Shown one piece after another: positions 1 to 9,346 of a DNA stretch of 64,000 bases (its first letter is position 1; every line of letters begins with the position of its first letter). The translations under genes were made by a program, and so were the position numbers. The DNA comes from a virus. Location: positions 90,114 to 154,113 of the IMG/VR virus record IMGVR_UViG_3300030329_005426; one strand, written 5' to 3'. The notes beneath the pieces are model-generated. The model was not told the DNA's origin and did no database searches. It was given only the letters and a program-made list of their open reading frames with translations.

Positions 1-1
1 A

Positions 2-355
2 TCACTCCTCAAAATCATCTGGATCGAGATTTGGAAAGTCGAAATGATCTGGAATCTCATCCATCTGCTCTAAGGCCTCATCAATCATGTCTTGAAACGG
101 ATGCTCTACGCCTAAGCTTCTGCTGAGCATAGAACGTAATGTCTCTACTGTAAAGGCAAAGTCAGCCATAAATTGCTCATCATCAATTCTAAACCCATGC
201 ATACCAAATTTATGAAGAAGTTGGGATGCATAATGATCGATGAGCTCATTACAATATGAAATTTTATTGTCCTCTAAGGACTGTGCTAACTCGGCATGGT
301 TTTGCGGCGGCCGAGCAGCAGAGCCCTTAGGGAACTTAATAATGTTGTCGGACAT
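2..355 (-). CDS. conserved hypothetical phage protein
   Basis: 117 aa ORF, NIIKFP N-terminus, acidic tail, TAATG overlap with upstream gene. Confidence 0.75.
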   Translation of the reverse strand: MSDNIIKFPKGSAARPPQNHAELAQSLEDNKISYCNELIDHYASQLLHKFGMHGFRIDDEQFMADFAFTVETLRSMLSRSLGVEHPFQDMIDEALEQMDEIPDHFDFPNLDPDDFEE

Positions 356-1287
356 TACTTCACGACTCGGAGCAGGATCGTCTTCTTGTTAATCCTACCA
401 CTGGGTACTTCCGATTTGGTGTTAATCGATTCCTCGAGCTTACGAAGTGTTACTTTTCCACCTTCGAGAATCTTCTTAAACACTGCCTCTGATCCGAAGC
501 CAGGCTTCTTCTCAAACGATGACTTCTCATCGAACCGGAAAATTGTCGAGCGGCGAATTTCTAGTCCGCCACGATCCTCGGCACGAAGCACACCGATCTT
601 ATTCTGAGCGGTGTTATAGTACCAGAGCTCTTGCGCTCCAATGATACTTGCAGGGTCGATAGACGATGTCTTCGACGCATCATGCTTCTCCATGAAGTTA
701 AAATGCTTCAGGACGCGCTCAACCGAAGGTTTCTTCTTCTTGCGCACCTTACGGTTAGACTTCTTATTAGCAGCCCAGCGCTCAGCATTCTCGACAATGG
801 CTTGAGTGAAATCACGAAGAGCTGTTACCTGCTTCTTCGTCATATGGCCGTATCCTTCATTGAGCTGCTCATCTTCGCCACCAAGCACTTCATCGAGCTC
901 ATCAACCTGCGGCTTATATATCGAAGCAACCAACTCAGCCTGCGGCCGCCCAAGATCATTTTGTGACAGCCACTTGTATGAGTCAAATTTTGACTTAAAC
1001 TTTTTAATGACGAATTTGTCGATTTCCTCTTCCAGCTCACCTGCCAGGTCAGATACCTGATCACGGATCTTCTGCTGAATGGTGCGAGGGTCCTTAGGCT
1101 TCTTACGAGGCGCCTTCTGCTCAGGCTCAGGCTCCGGCGCAATCTTACCGATAAACGCCTTGCCGGCTTCGGCCTCGAGCTCGGCGATTGATTTAAGCTC
1201 GCTAAGCGGCGTCGTCGGCTCAGGCCGATTCTGTGCTTTTAAGAATTCAGGGATAGCGAGGAGATCATCCTCATTCGGTTTGGTCAT
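355..1287 (-). CDS. hypothetical early protein
   Basis: 310 aa, strong SD, directly behind a sigma70-type promoter. Confidence 0.8.
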   Translation of the reverse strand: MTKPNEDDLLAIPEFLKAQNRPEPTTPLSELKSIAELEAEAGKAFIGKIAPEPEPEQKAPRKKPKDPRTIQQKIRDQVSDLAGELEEEIDKFVIKKFKSKFDSYKWLSQNDLGRPQAELVASIYKPQVDELDEVLGGEDEQLNEGYGHMTKKQVTALRDFTQAIVENAERWAANKKSNRKVRKKKKPSVERVLKHFNFMEKHDASKTSSIDPASIIGAQELWYYNTAQNKIGVLRAEDRGGLEIRRSTIFRFDEKSSFEKKPGFGSEAVFKKILEGGKVTLRKLEESINTKSEVPSGRINKKTILLRVVK

Positions 1288-1316
1288 AGATTTTTCCTTC
1301 TCTCTCTATTATATTA

Positions 1317-1345
1317 ATTATATAGCAAGAGCGAAATAAAGTCAA
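1317..1345 (-). promoter_or_regulatory. sigma70-type early promoter
   Basis: TTGACT-N17-TATAAT followed by GAGAGAGAAGGA leader. Confidence 0.85.
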
Positions 1346-1355
1346 CCCCCCCAAT

Positions 1356-2375
1356 TTACTCGTTGTTTTCCAACGAACTAAGCATGCCCTGTAATAGCGC
1401 ACTCCATTCGTTCGCGCGTAAATCCCAGTTATAAAATGTATTGATGTAATTCATTGCGTGTGTGAGTTTGAGCTGAAAATCCTCCTGCCAGAGATGTGAT
1501 ATCACGTTATTCATCACGTTGAGATGCATCTGACAATGTGTCCCTTTATCTTCAGCATATGGATACATCGTGGCCCAATTAGCTGTTGTTTCTGGTAGTG
1601 CGGCGAAATTGGGGCAAATAATGGCACATCCAGCGCTCATAGCCTCTAAGACCGATATACAGGATGTTTCTGGCCAGCAGCTAGGATATGTATATATATG
1701 CGCTTTCTGGAGCGCTTCACGCACGATTTCATTGGGTTGATAGCCATGATAGTTGATTTTGGGGTGATCTCGGCAAAGTTGGAAGATTTCTTCAAAAGGC
1801 TTGTCTTGATCCTTCCTACGAGGCCCATAGATCTCAAATGACGAATATACGTCTAAAACGACATCAACCTCAGGCCTGAGCTCACAAAAACGCTGAAATG
1901 CAGCTACAAGGATATCCAAGCCTCTATGTGGCGTCGTGTGATAAATTAAGCGAATAGGGCCGTCTTTATCCTTCTGCTTGTATTCAATGGGGTTGATTGC
2001 GTTCTTCACGACACAGCCATCCATAAATGGAACGTTCAGCCCTTGAGCATAGGTCCATTGCTGCCAATTTGATACAAATATCAATTTTCCGAAACGAGCG
2101 CGGGATTTCTCATCTTTGAGATGAGAAGACATAGGATCGTCCCAAGTATCATGCAACCAGAGTAAATTTGTCTTATCGCTTTCGATATTAGTCACTCTTG
2201 AGCAAATAATGTTAAAATTGTCAAGAAGGTCATTATCGACACGTTTGAAGAGCTCTTCGCGCATCATCTCAGTTCCGCCGCGGGCTCCATCATATGTGCC
2301 GTCGTCAAGCATACCTGACATATCAAATCCTTCTAAATCGTCAGGAATACCAGTAATATTCAGTTGTGTACTCAT
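1356..2375 (-). CDS. glycosyltransferase, GT-B/GT4 family
   Basis: GGTE N-terminal motif, RGLD, ETSCISVLEAMSAG (EX7E). Confidence 0.85.
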   Translation of the reverse strand: MSTQLNITGIPDDLEGFDMSGMLDDGTYDGARGGTEMMREELFKRVDNDLLDNFNIICSRVTNIESDKTNLLWLHDTWDDPMSSHLKDEKSRARFGKLIFVSNWQQWTYAQGLNVPFMDGCVVKNAINPIEYKQKDKDGPIRLIYHTTPHRGLDILVAAFQRFCELRPEVDVVLDVYSSFEIYGPRRKDQDKPFEEIFQLCRDHPKINYHGYQPNEIVREALQKAHIYTYPSCWPETSCISVLEAMSAGCAIICPNFAALPETTANWATMYPYAEDKGTHCQMHLNVMNNVISHLWQEDFQLKLTHAMNYINTFYNWDLRANEWSALLQGMLSSLENNE

Positions 2376-2689
2376 TCGCTCATCGGACCTTTAATTATAA
2401 TAGTTTCAGGTGTAAAGGGGATTCTGGCTTCAACCACACTATCCCATCGAAAACTACGCCAAGCGTTCTTTTGACAATCCCAAACGGGTTGAACATCATC
2501 ACTGTGAGTCGTAGTGCCTTTAGGCTGCTGATCTTCTGGAATCTCCGAAGAATCAGTAGTACATTCCATTTCCCGCGTTTCACCATTCTTTTTAATAAAT
2601 GTCACGGTAACGAAATGTTCCGGTAACCAATGCCTAACATCTTCTCTAAATTCATTAATATCTATCAAGACCAACCTCCTGTCATACAC
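2372..2689 (-). CDS. WYL_2/DUF2693-like SH3-fold protein
   Basis: VTFIKKNGETREMECT ... VWD..KNAWRSF pattern. Confidence 0.75.
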   Translation of the reverse strand: MYDRRLVLIDINEFREDVRHWLPEHFVTVTFIKKNGETREMECTTDSSEIPEDQQPKGTTTHSDDVQPVWDCQKNAWRSFRWDSVVEARIPFTPETIIIKGPMSE

Positions 2690-2913
2690 GAATCATTATA
2701 ACTCATTAGATCAGTATATCCACCAATTTTTTTATTCCAAATAATTATTTGTGGGTATGTCGCAAAAACACCAAATTCATCATAAAATTCTTCTTGTGTA
2801 AAATCATTATTGTCTCGGTTTAATACCTCAACATCAATCTTCTTTTCTTCGAAAAACCGAACGGCTGCAGTACAATAACCACAACCGTTCCGCATATAAA
2901 TTTTATTTGGCAA
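2665..2913 (-). CDS. glutaredoxin
   Basis: CGYC, TYPQI, IGGYTDL; probable TTG start at 2913. Confidence 0.85.
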   Translation of the reverse strand: MPNKIYMRNGCGYCTAAVRFFEEKKIDVEVLNRDNNDFTQEEFYDEFGVFATYPQIIIWNKKIGGYTDLMSYNDSCMTGGWS

Positions 2914-3232
2914 TTTCTGTGATCCTCCATCCGGCTTGTGTAAAGCAGGCGGTGCCAAACATTTCTTCATTGACAAAGGATTGGCAATCGCCTATTTCAT
3001 AATACGGGTCCCATTGAAAATTATTTCTCATTTCAGCGAGACGTTCTTTGTATTTAGGGTCCGGTTGAATGAAGATTGTCTCCTGTGATTTACAATTAAT
3101 CATTTTGCAAAACACAGGAGATATCAAGGAACCCACCAGAGTTAAAGGATCAAATGCATATGCCTTAGTTGGTAGACTTAAGAGCATCAAGCTCAGCAGC
3201 ACGCCGAGCAGACTCTTTCTTCGAAGCAGCAT
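2903..3232 (-). CDS. exported hypothetical protein
   Basis: signal peptide ending AYA; Cys pairs. Confidence 0.65.
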   Translation of the reverse strand: MLLRRKSLLGVLLSLMLLSLPTKAYAFDPLTLVGSLISPVFCKMINCKSQETIFIQPDPKYKERLAEMRNNFQWDPYYEIGDCQSFVNEEMFGTACFTQAGWRITEIAK

Positions 3233-3833
3233 CTGCATTCCTATCTAACTCCTTCCAAGCTTTGTTGGCCCGCAACTTATTATAAAGAACGCGATCTTTA
3301 CTAAGACGTTGAGCTAAGACCTTCTTGGCCTCACTTGCTGAATATTTAAGTAATACAAAAGCTCGATATTGAGTACCATGTGGAACTACTTCCACCTCAG
3401 CGAGCTGATAGCCGGATACATCAGTATCGTTTTGCATATTCTTAACAGCTTTTTCGAGTTCAATAACTACGGCTGAATCTAAGTCGCTAGATCCAACTTT
3501 AGCTTTAAATTGCTTAACTTGAGCCCGAAGTCTTGAGTTAATCCTATCTGCAAGAATTGACTTAGCATTAATAACAGCAAAATCAACAGACATCTGCAGA
3601 TCGGGAACAACAGAAGTACCAACAGACCAAATAGCACCTTCATCGGATTCTGGTTGCTTAAAATACCAATCAGGAATGCTATCAATCTGCTCTTTCACAC
3701 GATCGCGCTTATACTTGTAAGACGCAACATCACTCTTCGATGCACCAGGTGATGCAGTATGTTGCATATGCCCGGAACAAGCAGAAAGAGCAATCGCACC
3801 ACCTATAGTGGCTAATAGAGCGATCTTATTCAT
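3165..3833 (-). CDS. lipoprotein, LPP20-like
   Basis: lipobox LSAC; IPDWY motif; helical body. Confidence 0.7.
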   Translation of the reverse strand: MNKIALLATIGGAIALSACSGHMQHTASPGASKSDVASYKYKRDRVKEQIDSIPDWYFKQPESDEGAIWSVGTSVVPDLQMSVDFAVINAKSILADRINSRLRAQVKQFKAKVGSSDLDSAVVIELEKAVKNMQNDTDVSGYQLAEVEVVPHGTQYRAFVLLKYSASEAKKVLAQRLSKDRVLYNKLRANKAWKELDRNADAASKKESARRAAELDALKSTN

Positions 3834-4018
3834 ATCGAAGTCTCCTTCTTCGGTTGCACTGGTGGGTTTGGAGCAATAGGAAGATATTTTATTTTTTTAC
3901 CATTAATTTTCTCGTTAATGGATTCACCAATACCTTGGATATCTTTTCCCACTCCACTTATTGTATTACCACAAGCACCCAGTGTTAATGCTAAGGCAAT
4001 AATCACAAAATTCTTCAT
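3830..4018 (-). CDS. entericidin A/B family lipoprotein
   Basis: LGAC-GNTISGVGKDIQGIGESI. Confidence 0.8.
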   Translation of the reverse strand: MKNFVIIALALTLGACGNTISGVGKDIQGIGESINEKINGKKIKYLPIAPNPPVQPKKETSI

Positions 4019-4019
4019 A

Positions 4020-4166
4020 TCAAAATTTCCTCAATGTCTCAACGGTTGCGTCTCTGGCTCCTGTTTCAACAAATACTTTAGAAACCATAGACATTATATC
4101 GCTACCTATATCAGGATATAGTGTAACAATGACAGCGCCGACAAAAAATCCAATTACTAATTTCAT
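4020..4166 (-). CDS. small membrane protein (48 aa, not in ORF track)
   Basis: MKLVIGFFVGAVIVTLYPDIG...; ATGA overlap with upstream gene, fills gap. Confidence 0.7.
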   Translation of the reverse strand: MKLVIGFFVGAVIVTLYPDIGSDIMSMVSKVFVETGARDATVETLRKF

Positions 4167-4834
4167 CGGCATTCCTCCGCAAAAGCTTGCACTTGCTGGC
4201 CATTAATCCATACCGTAAAATAATTTTTATGGCATCGTGGACCTTTACGATGGCTAGCAGGCGTCAACGTTTTATGGTTACCATACTGATCAAATCCATA
4301 ATGGTTGTAAACAGTATGGGTTGGAACGCGGCCGATCCTTGGCTTAGGTAAAGGAACAGCAGCAACGGGAGGAACAGGAACAGCCTTAGGCTTAACTGGC
4401 TGTACAACTGTATGTGAGACCTTTGGTTCAATTTTAACAGGTGGCTTCACTTTTGCCACGTCATTTGATCCTGCGGTACATTTCTGTGTCATAACGCCTC
4501 GAAGTTTTTCGGGGACAGTTTGACGAAGCAAGCTTTCTTTTGCTTTTGTTTCAGCTAACTTACAAGCTTGATTTTCTGATAAGTCCGGACCAAAGATATA
4601 TTCACCTGACGTTGGATGCCATACATCTTTAATCTTGGCCTGAAGTTTAATAACACATTTTCGTGTGTTATCTACATAAGGAAATGTCTTCCTATCGTAA
4701 TCTTTCGATGCTTCAATAACACCTTGGAATACTGTACCAACATCTACCTTATGTGCACATTTGCTTAAAGGTTCTGTAGCAAGGGCGGTTGCGCTTGCTA
4801 AACATAATATAGGAACTATCACATAATTTTTCAT
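4163..4834 (-). CDS. exported hypothetical protein
   Basis: signal peptide (ALA), Cys pairs, Pro-rich linker. Confidence 0.7.
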   Translation of the reverse strand: MKNYVIVPILCLASATALATEPLSKCAHKVDVGTVFQGVIEASKDYDRKTFPYVDNTRKCVIKLQAKIKDVWHPTSGEYIFGPDLSENQACKLAETKAKESLLRQTVPEKLRGVMTQKCTAGSNDVAKVKPPVKIEPKVSHTVVQPVKPKAVPVPPVAAVPLPKPRIGRVPTHTVYNHYGFDQYGNHKTLTPASHRKGPRCHKNYFTVWINGQQVQAFAEECR

Positions 4835-4836
4835 AA

Positions 4837-5079
4837 TTAAGACTTTCTTGCGTGTGTACAGCCAATCTTCAAAAGATTAATTTCATAGCTGTCTTTCACG
4901 ATATCGCTAACCGCGGCCATTCCACGGCTTTCTATAATTGACCCCCAATTCGACACGAATTCGGAACAATCTTCCATGGTTTCGAAAGAACGCGAAAGAA
5001 CACGAATTTCCTCTTCCATTTCTAGTCCATCTGGGTCAGTTATAGCGAATGCTAAAAATAGCATTACAACTTTACTCAT
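4837..5079 (-). CDS. small exported hypothetical protein
   Basis: hydrophobic N-terminus, F.TMEDC...C pattern. Confidence 0.65.
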   Translation of the reverse strand: MSKVVMLFLAFAITDPDGLEMEEEIRVLSRSFETMEDCSEFVSNWGSIIESRGMAAVSDIVKDSYEINLLKIGCTHARKS

Positions 5080-5104
5080 ACTAGCCCCCTAACAGTTTTA
5101 GGCG

Positions 5105-5620
5105 TTAATTAACAGTATGGGAAGTTGAAACACGCAACCTAATTGTACCAGCAGGACGATAATACGTCCTTGTCGTATACTGCCGACCCTGAAACTCATA
5201 GGTTACTAGATAGCCGTTTGGCCGTTGATTGTGTGATATTTGGTACGTAGTCGTACAAACTGTCCTGTTCTCATAACGAGTACCAGACGGTTGAGATAAA
5301 TTCCCACCGACTATAGTACCAATGATCGCACCAGCAACGGTAGCAGCTTTGTTGCCACTTCCCTTACCAACGGTATTTCCAAGCAAACCGCCAGCAACAC
5401 CACCAATAACATTAGGAACATAGCTACTAGGTGCACCAACGGGAACAAGCTGCTGAGAGCAGCTTTGAACAGGGGTTCTAACTTCAGATGTTGCATATTG
5501 CGGTGCAACATGAAGCACAGGGGCATCTACATACTGTGCATCAATCATTGTCGGATCTGCCGCAAGAGCAGAGCCAGCAAATATGCAGGCAGCAGTAGTT
5601 GCTAGAATTGTCTTTTTCAT
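5105..5620 (-). CDS. glycine-zipper 2TM protein (YcfJ-like)
   Basis: signal peptide; IGGVAGGLLGNTVGKGSGNKAATVAGAIIG; GY.VTYE..G. Confidence 0.85.
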   Translation of the reverse strand: MKKTILATTAACIFAGSALAADPTMIDAQYVDAPVLHVAPQYATSEVRTPVQSCSQQLVPVGAPSSYVPNVIGGVAGGLLGNTVGKGSGNKAATVAGAIIGTIVGGNLSQPSGTRYENRTVCTTTYQISHNQRPNGYLVTYEFQGRQYTTRTYYRPAGTIRLRVSTSHTVN

Positions 5621-6018
5621 TGGGTCTTCTCCTCTTTTAGGCTTTTCTCACCATTACCACAACGCCCATGTCCATCAAAGCCTAAAACAGGTGGAACAAA
5701 GGGATTATTGAATAACGAAGAACCACATTTATGGTTGTTGTGGTGATCAAACTCATTAATAATAAAATTTTCTTCTTGCTCTAACTCACGCATACGCTCA
5801 ACCAAATCTATAAACAGAATCATCATTTTTTCAAATTTAGATTCAACTTCATCATTAGTAGTATGAGGAACGCATACGACATTTTTAACGCCATCTTGAG
5901 ATTTAATCTCAGAAGCCACTTTTCGGCACTCATCAAGATTATCGAACATAGCTTCATATGTTGACTGAGGGCCTGGATCTGTAATACCCAATAAAGTGAC
6001 GATCATTAACGCTTTCAT
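5617..6018 (-). CDS. small exported hypothetical protein
   Basis: hydrophobic N-terminus, FDNLDEC...VCVP. Confidence 0.65.
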   Translation of the reverse strand: MKALMIVTLLGITDPGPQSTYEAMFDNLDECRKVASEIKSQDGVKNVVCVPHTTNDEVESKFEKMMILFIDLVERMRELEQEENFIINEFDHHNNHKCGSSLFNNPFVPPVLGFDGHGRCGNGEKSLKEEKTQ

Positions 6019-6049
6019 ATTATCCTAACTTTCTTTTGCTCATTATTTA

Positions 6050-6078
6050 ATATTAACTCACCTTAAAAATAATGTCAA
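6050..6078 (-). promoter_or_regulatory. sigma70-type promoter
   Basis: TTGACA-N17-TAATAT. Confidence 0.7.
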
Positions 6079-6083
6079 CCCTT

Positions 6084-6335
6084 TTAATCAGTTTTTTTCA
6101 TCATATAAGGCTGGTATTTTCCCCAAACCTGAGTAGCTGGAACACGAATAAAAGGCTTATTTGTCTCATTGGTGTTCGGATTTGGAATCGAAAGTACAAC
6201 GTTCTTGCCTTTTTTCCAGGCGGCCTGCTTAGCGCTCAGCTTTTGCAGTGGGGTACGCGTATCACCAAGACCATTAACTACATTCCGGCGTTCGCCTTTA
6301 CTAGTTTGACTAGCACGACTTTTCTTTTTACCCAT
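6084..6335 (-). CDS. basic conserved hypothetical protein
   Basis: MGKKKSR...AWKKGKNVVLSIPNPN..ETNKPFIRV. Confidence 0.75.
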   Translation of the reverse strand: MGKKKSRASQTSKGERRNVVNGLGDTRTPLQKLSAKQAAWKKGKNVVLSIPNPNTNETNKPFIRVPATQVWGKYQPYMMKKTD

Positions 6336-7158
6336 TATAGTATTCAATCCTTTCTATATCATCTTCTTCAGTTTCTTCGCCATACTGAAATTCTACAATC
6401 CGGCATGGATCATTATACGGGTTTATAATCTGATGAACACCTCCAATAGGAACATGGAATTGATCATGCAACTTTAACGTTAGGCGATTTGTCTCCTTTA
6501 AACGTCCACTATCGATCAGATCATCCATAAAGTTATAGCGAACATCACACTTACCTTCAAATACCCACCACAATTCTGATCGTTTAAAGTGTCGTTGTAG
6601 ACTCATTCCCTTACCGGGATCGACTTTAAGTTCTTTAACCTTGAGGCCTTCACGTTCCATTAGAACACGATACCAACCCCATTCACGGCGTTCTTTAGCT
6701 TCTACGAACTTATCAGTAATCCAACTAGAGCTGTTTTGTTTGTAATCGCCACCAACGCCGAACATATATTTTACGTCGTCAAAAGCTAAAGTCATCTCCG
6801 GAATATCCCCTTTAGTGCGATCCCCACCATTACAAAATATAATGTGCGAATCTGGATATAACAATTTTGTAATTTTAATTGCATCATTAGCTGTATCGTC
6901 GTCATCATTGAATTCGATTACATCATCAACCATATGTAGATTTTCTATAATACATTTTCTCTCTTCGGCAGGCAACAGAAATCTTCCCTTTTTCCGCCGA
7001 AGCCAAGAATCACTATTTATACCAACAACAAGTCTATGACCTACCTGAGCGGCTGCATTAAAGTAAGCAATGTGCCCGCTGTGTAACGGATCAAATCCAC
7101 CTGTGACAAGAGCAACCTTATTAGAAGGTGAAGGGGGATCGAGATCGAACGGATCCAT
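6328..7158 (-). CDS. sugar-phosphate nucleotidyltransferase (HxGH) fused to mannose-6-P isomerase-type cupin
   Basis: GGFDPLHSGH, NGGDR, SSS; C-terminal WG.Y, SLQRH..RSE.W, EDDIER; start uncertain. Confidence 0.85.
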   Translation of the reverse strand: MDPFDLDPPSPSNKVALVTGGFDPLHSGHIAYFNAAAQVGHRLVVGINSDSWLRRKKGRFLLPAEERKCIIENLHMVDDVIEFNDDDDTANDAIKITKLLYPDSHIIFCNGGDRTKGDIPEMTLAFDDVKYMFGVGGDYKQNSSSWITDKFVEAKERREWGWYRVLMEREGLKVKELKVDPGKGMSLQRHFKRSELWWVFEGKCDVRYNFMDDLIDSGRLKETNRLTLKLHDQFHVPIGGVHQIINPYNDPCRIVEFQYGEETEEDDIERIEYYNG

Positions 7159-8056
7159 GTAATGCGCTCCGGGTATGGGGATCCGTTGTATTTCCACGGC
7201 CATGAAAGCCTCCTACATTTGCGATAACTAAAGTATTTTTTCTAACCGGCACTGGTTCGGCAAATAATCCTAAACTGCTTAATTCTAGTTTATTAATACG
7301 AAATGATCCTTCGGGTTGGCCTCGGCCGCGTGCTTTATCATATGTACCTTCACATACTTTAACTGATTGCGTATGATACCATTCAAGCTTTGCAGTATTC
7401 AACACTGGGCTTTTTTTAACATAAACGAATGGACCTTGCTCTTCGTGAACGCTATCAGGAAAATACCAAAATTTCAAAGCGGGAAAAAAGGTATCCATAT
7501 GAACATATTTTTGTTCATCGTTATCGTCTGGTCGATTTTCTATGCGTTGAACAAATGTATTATCTTTCAAATATTCACTGACTTCGAAACCCATACATTC
7601 TCTTACCAGACTAGCCAATCCACTTGATTTCATCAAGAAACTTAAACCTGTATGATTATCAAATGTATGTGATAAATTCGAAATATTCTTATTCATAGCT
7701 ATAGGATAATCCATGACCTCAACATGAATTTTCTGTGCTATTTCAGAATCCAAGAAATCTTCGATAACTATTAAACCATCTGTATCGAATTGACTATTAC
7801 CACAACGCCAATAATGGATATAATGTGCCATGCACATACGCCAAACATGAAATCCCCGTTTGGCCAAACCTACATCATTGAGAATAGGGGTTGTAAAGTC
7901 TTTTTTATTTGATAGTATTAATTGGGGTACATCATCCACACCAAAATACTTTAGACCAGCCATTAAAGCTTCATGGAGCTGGTCTGTCTTGCCTTCCATC
8001 ATGATGGTTTCGGCATCGCGTAATTCTTCTGTATTGAGGTAATTTGATAATAGCAT
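7121..8056 (-). CDS. phytanoyl-CoA dioxygenase-family 2OG-Fe(II) oxygenase
   Basis: HMD...GPF.YV...FHGRG...R. Confidence 0.75.
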   Translation of the reverse strand: MLLSNYLNTEELRDAETIMMEGKTDQLHEALMAGLKYFGVDDVPQLILSNKKDFTTPILNDVGLAKRGFHVWRMCMAHYIHYWRCGNSQFDTDGLIVIEDFLDSEIAQKIHVEVMDYPIAMNKNISNLSHTFDNHTGLSFLMKSSGLASLVRECMGFEVSEYLKDNTFVQRIENRPDDNDEQKYVHMDTFFPALKFWYFPDSVHEEQGPFVYVKKSPVLNTAKLEWYHTQSVKVCEGTYDKARGRGQPEGSFRINKLELSSLGLFAEPVPVRKNTLVIANVGGFHGRGNTTDPHTRSALHGSVRSRSPFTF

Positions 8057-8757
8057 TAGATCCATTCCACGTTAGGACAAAATTCCATTATAGCCTCTAC
8101 GGCGGCGATGTTATCTTTTGATAATTTGAAAGGACCGTTATTCTCACGAATAATGTGCATTCTTTTATCTGGATTAAAGAGTAGGGTGCTCAAAGTAAAG
8201 CTCGAAGGCGTACCCCTTACTTCATCTGCCCAATAGATGGACTTCCAATCACGAACATCATCTTGATCAGATATTTGAAAGGATATATCAGGATTCAATG
8301 ATTTTTGTAATTGCAGGCCCAGTACGACGGCACCAGTTAGCCTTTTATCATCAGACATGATAGTAAAAGGCTTATCAAATTTTAGGGCTGCTGGGACATA
8401 TGCATCAGCACTGGCCATATTTTTATCCTGCCCTCTGATATGAAGAATACGATCATATCGAGTAGAAACAATATCCGTCCTCGGTTTAAAAAGTGACTGT
8501 ACCTTTCCGCGGTTAGCAAAGGCGCGGCGCATACCTTCTGGTGACCAAACACTCTGCTTTCGGACACCAGGAACATTCTTGATTGGAATATTTGTCTCGA
8601 AAATCTCTAGCAATCGGTTATGGAAACCTGGATCGTCACCATTACCAATATTAACATGGATACCGTCAACGGTCCATTCATTATTAAAAGCAGCAGTGAG
8701 CCCCGCATGGAGCTCAAATATCTGCATACCTAATTTACCACGGATATTAACTTGCAA
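8056..8757 (-). CDS. GT11 (alpha-1,2-fucosyltransferase)-like glycosyltransferase
   Basis: GKLGMQIF (cf. GGLGNQ), LHIRGQD (cf. HxRxGD), SDD, SSFT. Confidence 0.7.
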   Translation of the reverse strand: MQVNIRGKLGMQIFELHAGLTAAFNNEWTVDGIHVNIGNGDDPGFHNRLLEIFETNIPIKNVPGVRKQSVWSPEGMRRAFANRGKVQSLFKPRTDIVSTRYDRILHIRGQDKNMASADAYVPAALKFDKPFTIMSDDKRLTGAVVLGLQLQKSLNPDISFQISDQDDVRDWKSIYWADEVRGTPSSFTLSTLLFNPDKRMHIIRENNGPFKLSKDNIAAVEAIMEFCPNVEWI

Positions 8758-8920
8758 AATCGGGTTCTCCCATGACATCCTGAATGAAGCGCCGCACGAA
8801 CAGCTCATCAACAGGGGACATGTTAGTTTTAACGTAGGCTACTACGTCATTCTCAGTCTTGGCACCACATTGAACGGCCTCGACTGCTAATTCTTCCATC
8901 AGTGCTTTTTTTGTCGCCAT
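8747..8920 (-). CDS. hypothetical protein
   Basis: SD and own promoter. Confidence 0.65.
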   Translation of the reverse strand: MATKKALMEELAVEAVQCGAKTENDVVAYVKTNMSPVDELFVRRFIQDVMGEPDFAS

Positions 8921-8949
8921 CTTCTTCACCTCTTCACAGTTATAATAAG

Positions 8950-8978
8950 ATTATAAAGCAAAATGAAAATTAAAGCAA
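8950..8978 (-). promoter_or_regulatory. sigma70-type promoter
   Basis: TTGCTT-N17-TATAAT. Confidence 0.65.
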
Positions 8979-9068
8979 CACCTCATTCATATCCAGAACA
9001 ATTAAATAGCACAAAAGTGTTATGGATATACCAAAAATAAGGCCAAGAAAAAATTCTTTTGTCATCAT
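8970..9068 (-). CDS. single-TM micro-protein (not in ORF track)
   Basis: MMTKEFFLGLIFGISITLLCYLIVLDMNEVLL, ATGA overlap. Confidence 0.55.
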   Translation of the reverse strand: MMTKEFFLGLIFGISITLLCYLIVLDMNEVLL

Positions 9069-9346
9069 TTCTCCCATACATCAGTTTCACCGGGCTTTAT
9101 GGAACGCATTTCAATTCCTTCGAATGCGCCGCCCAAACTAACCGTAAACGGCGCATCTTTATGCAAAGTCCAGTGAATTTCATGACAATCAACGATGCCT
9201 GTTGATACATATTCCTTTGTCATGTATCCTAGGCCTACTAGCGTACCCATCGTGATTACATCGGGGTCGGAACAGCCTCCCATAGCGGCTACTTTTAATT
9301 CGCCGCTATCGGAGTTGATTTGATCGAGGATATCCTGACGATCCAT
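9065..9346 (-). CDS. hypothetical early protein
   Basis: TAATG-coupled start MDRQDIL. Confidence 0.65.
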   Translation of the reverse strand: MDRQDILDQINSDSGELKVAAMGGCSDPDVITMGTLVGLGYMTKEYVSTGIVDCHEIHWTLHKDAPFTVSLGGAFEGIEMRSIKPGETDVWEK

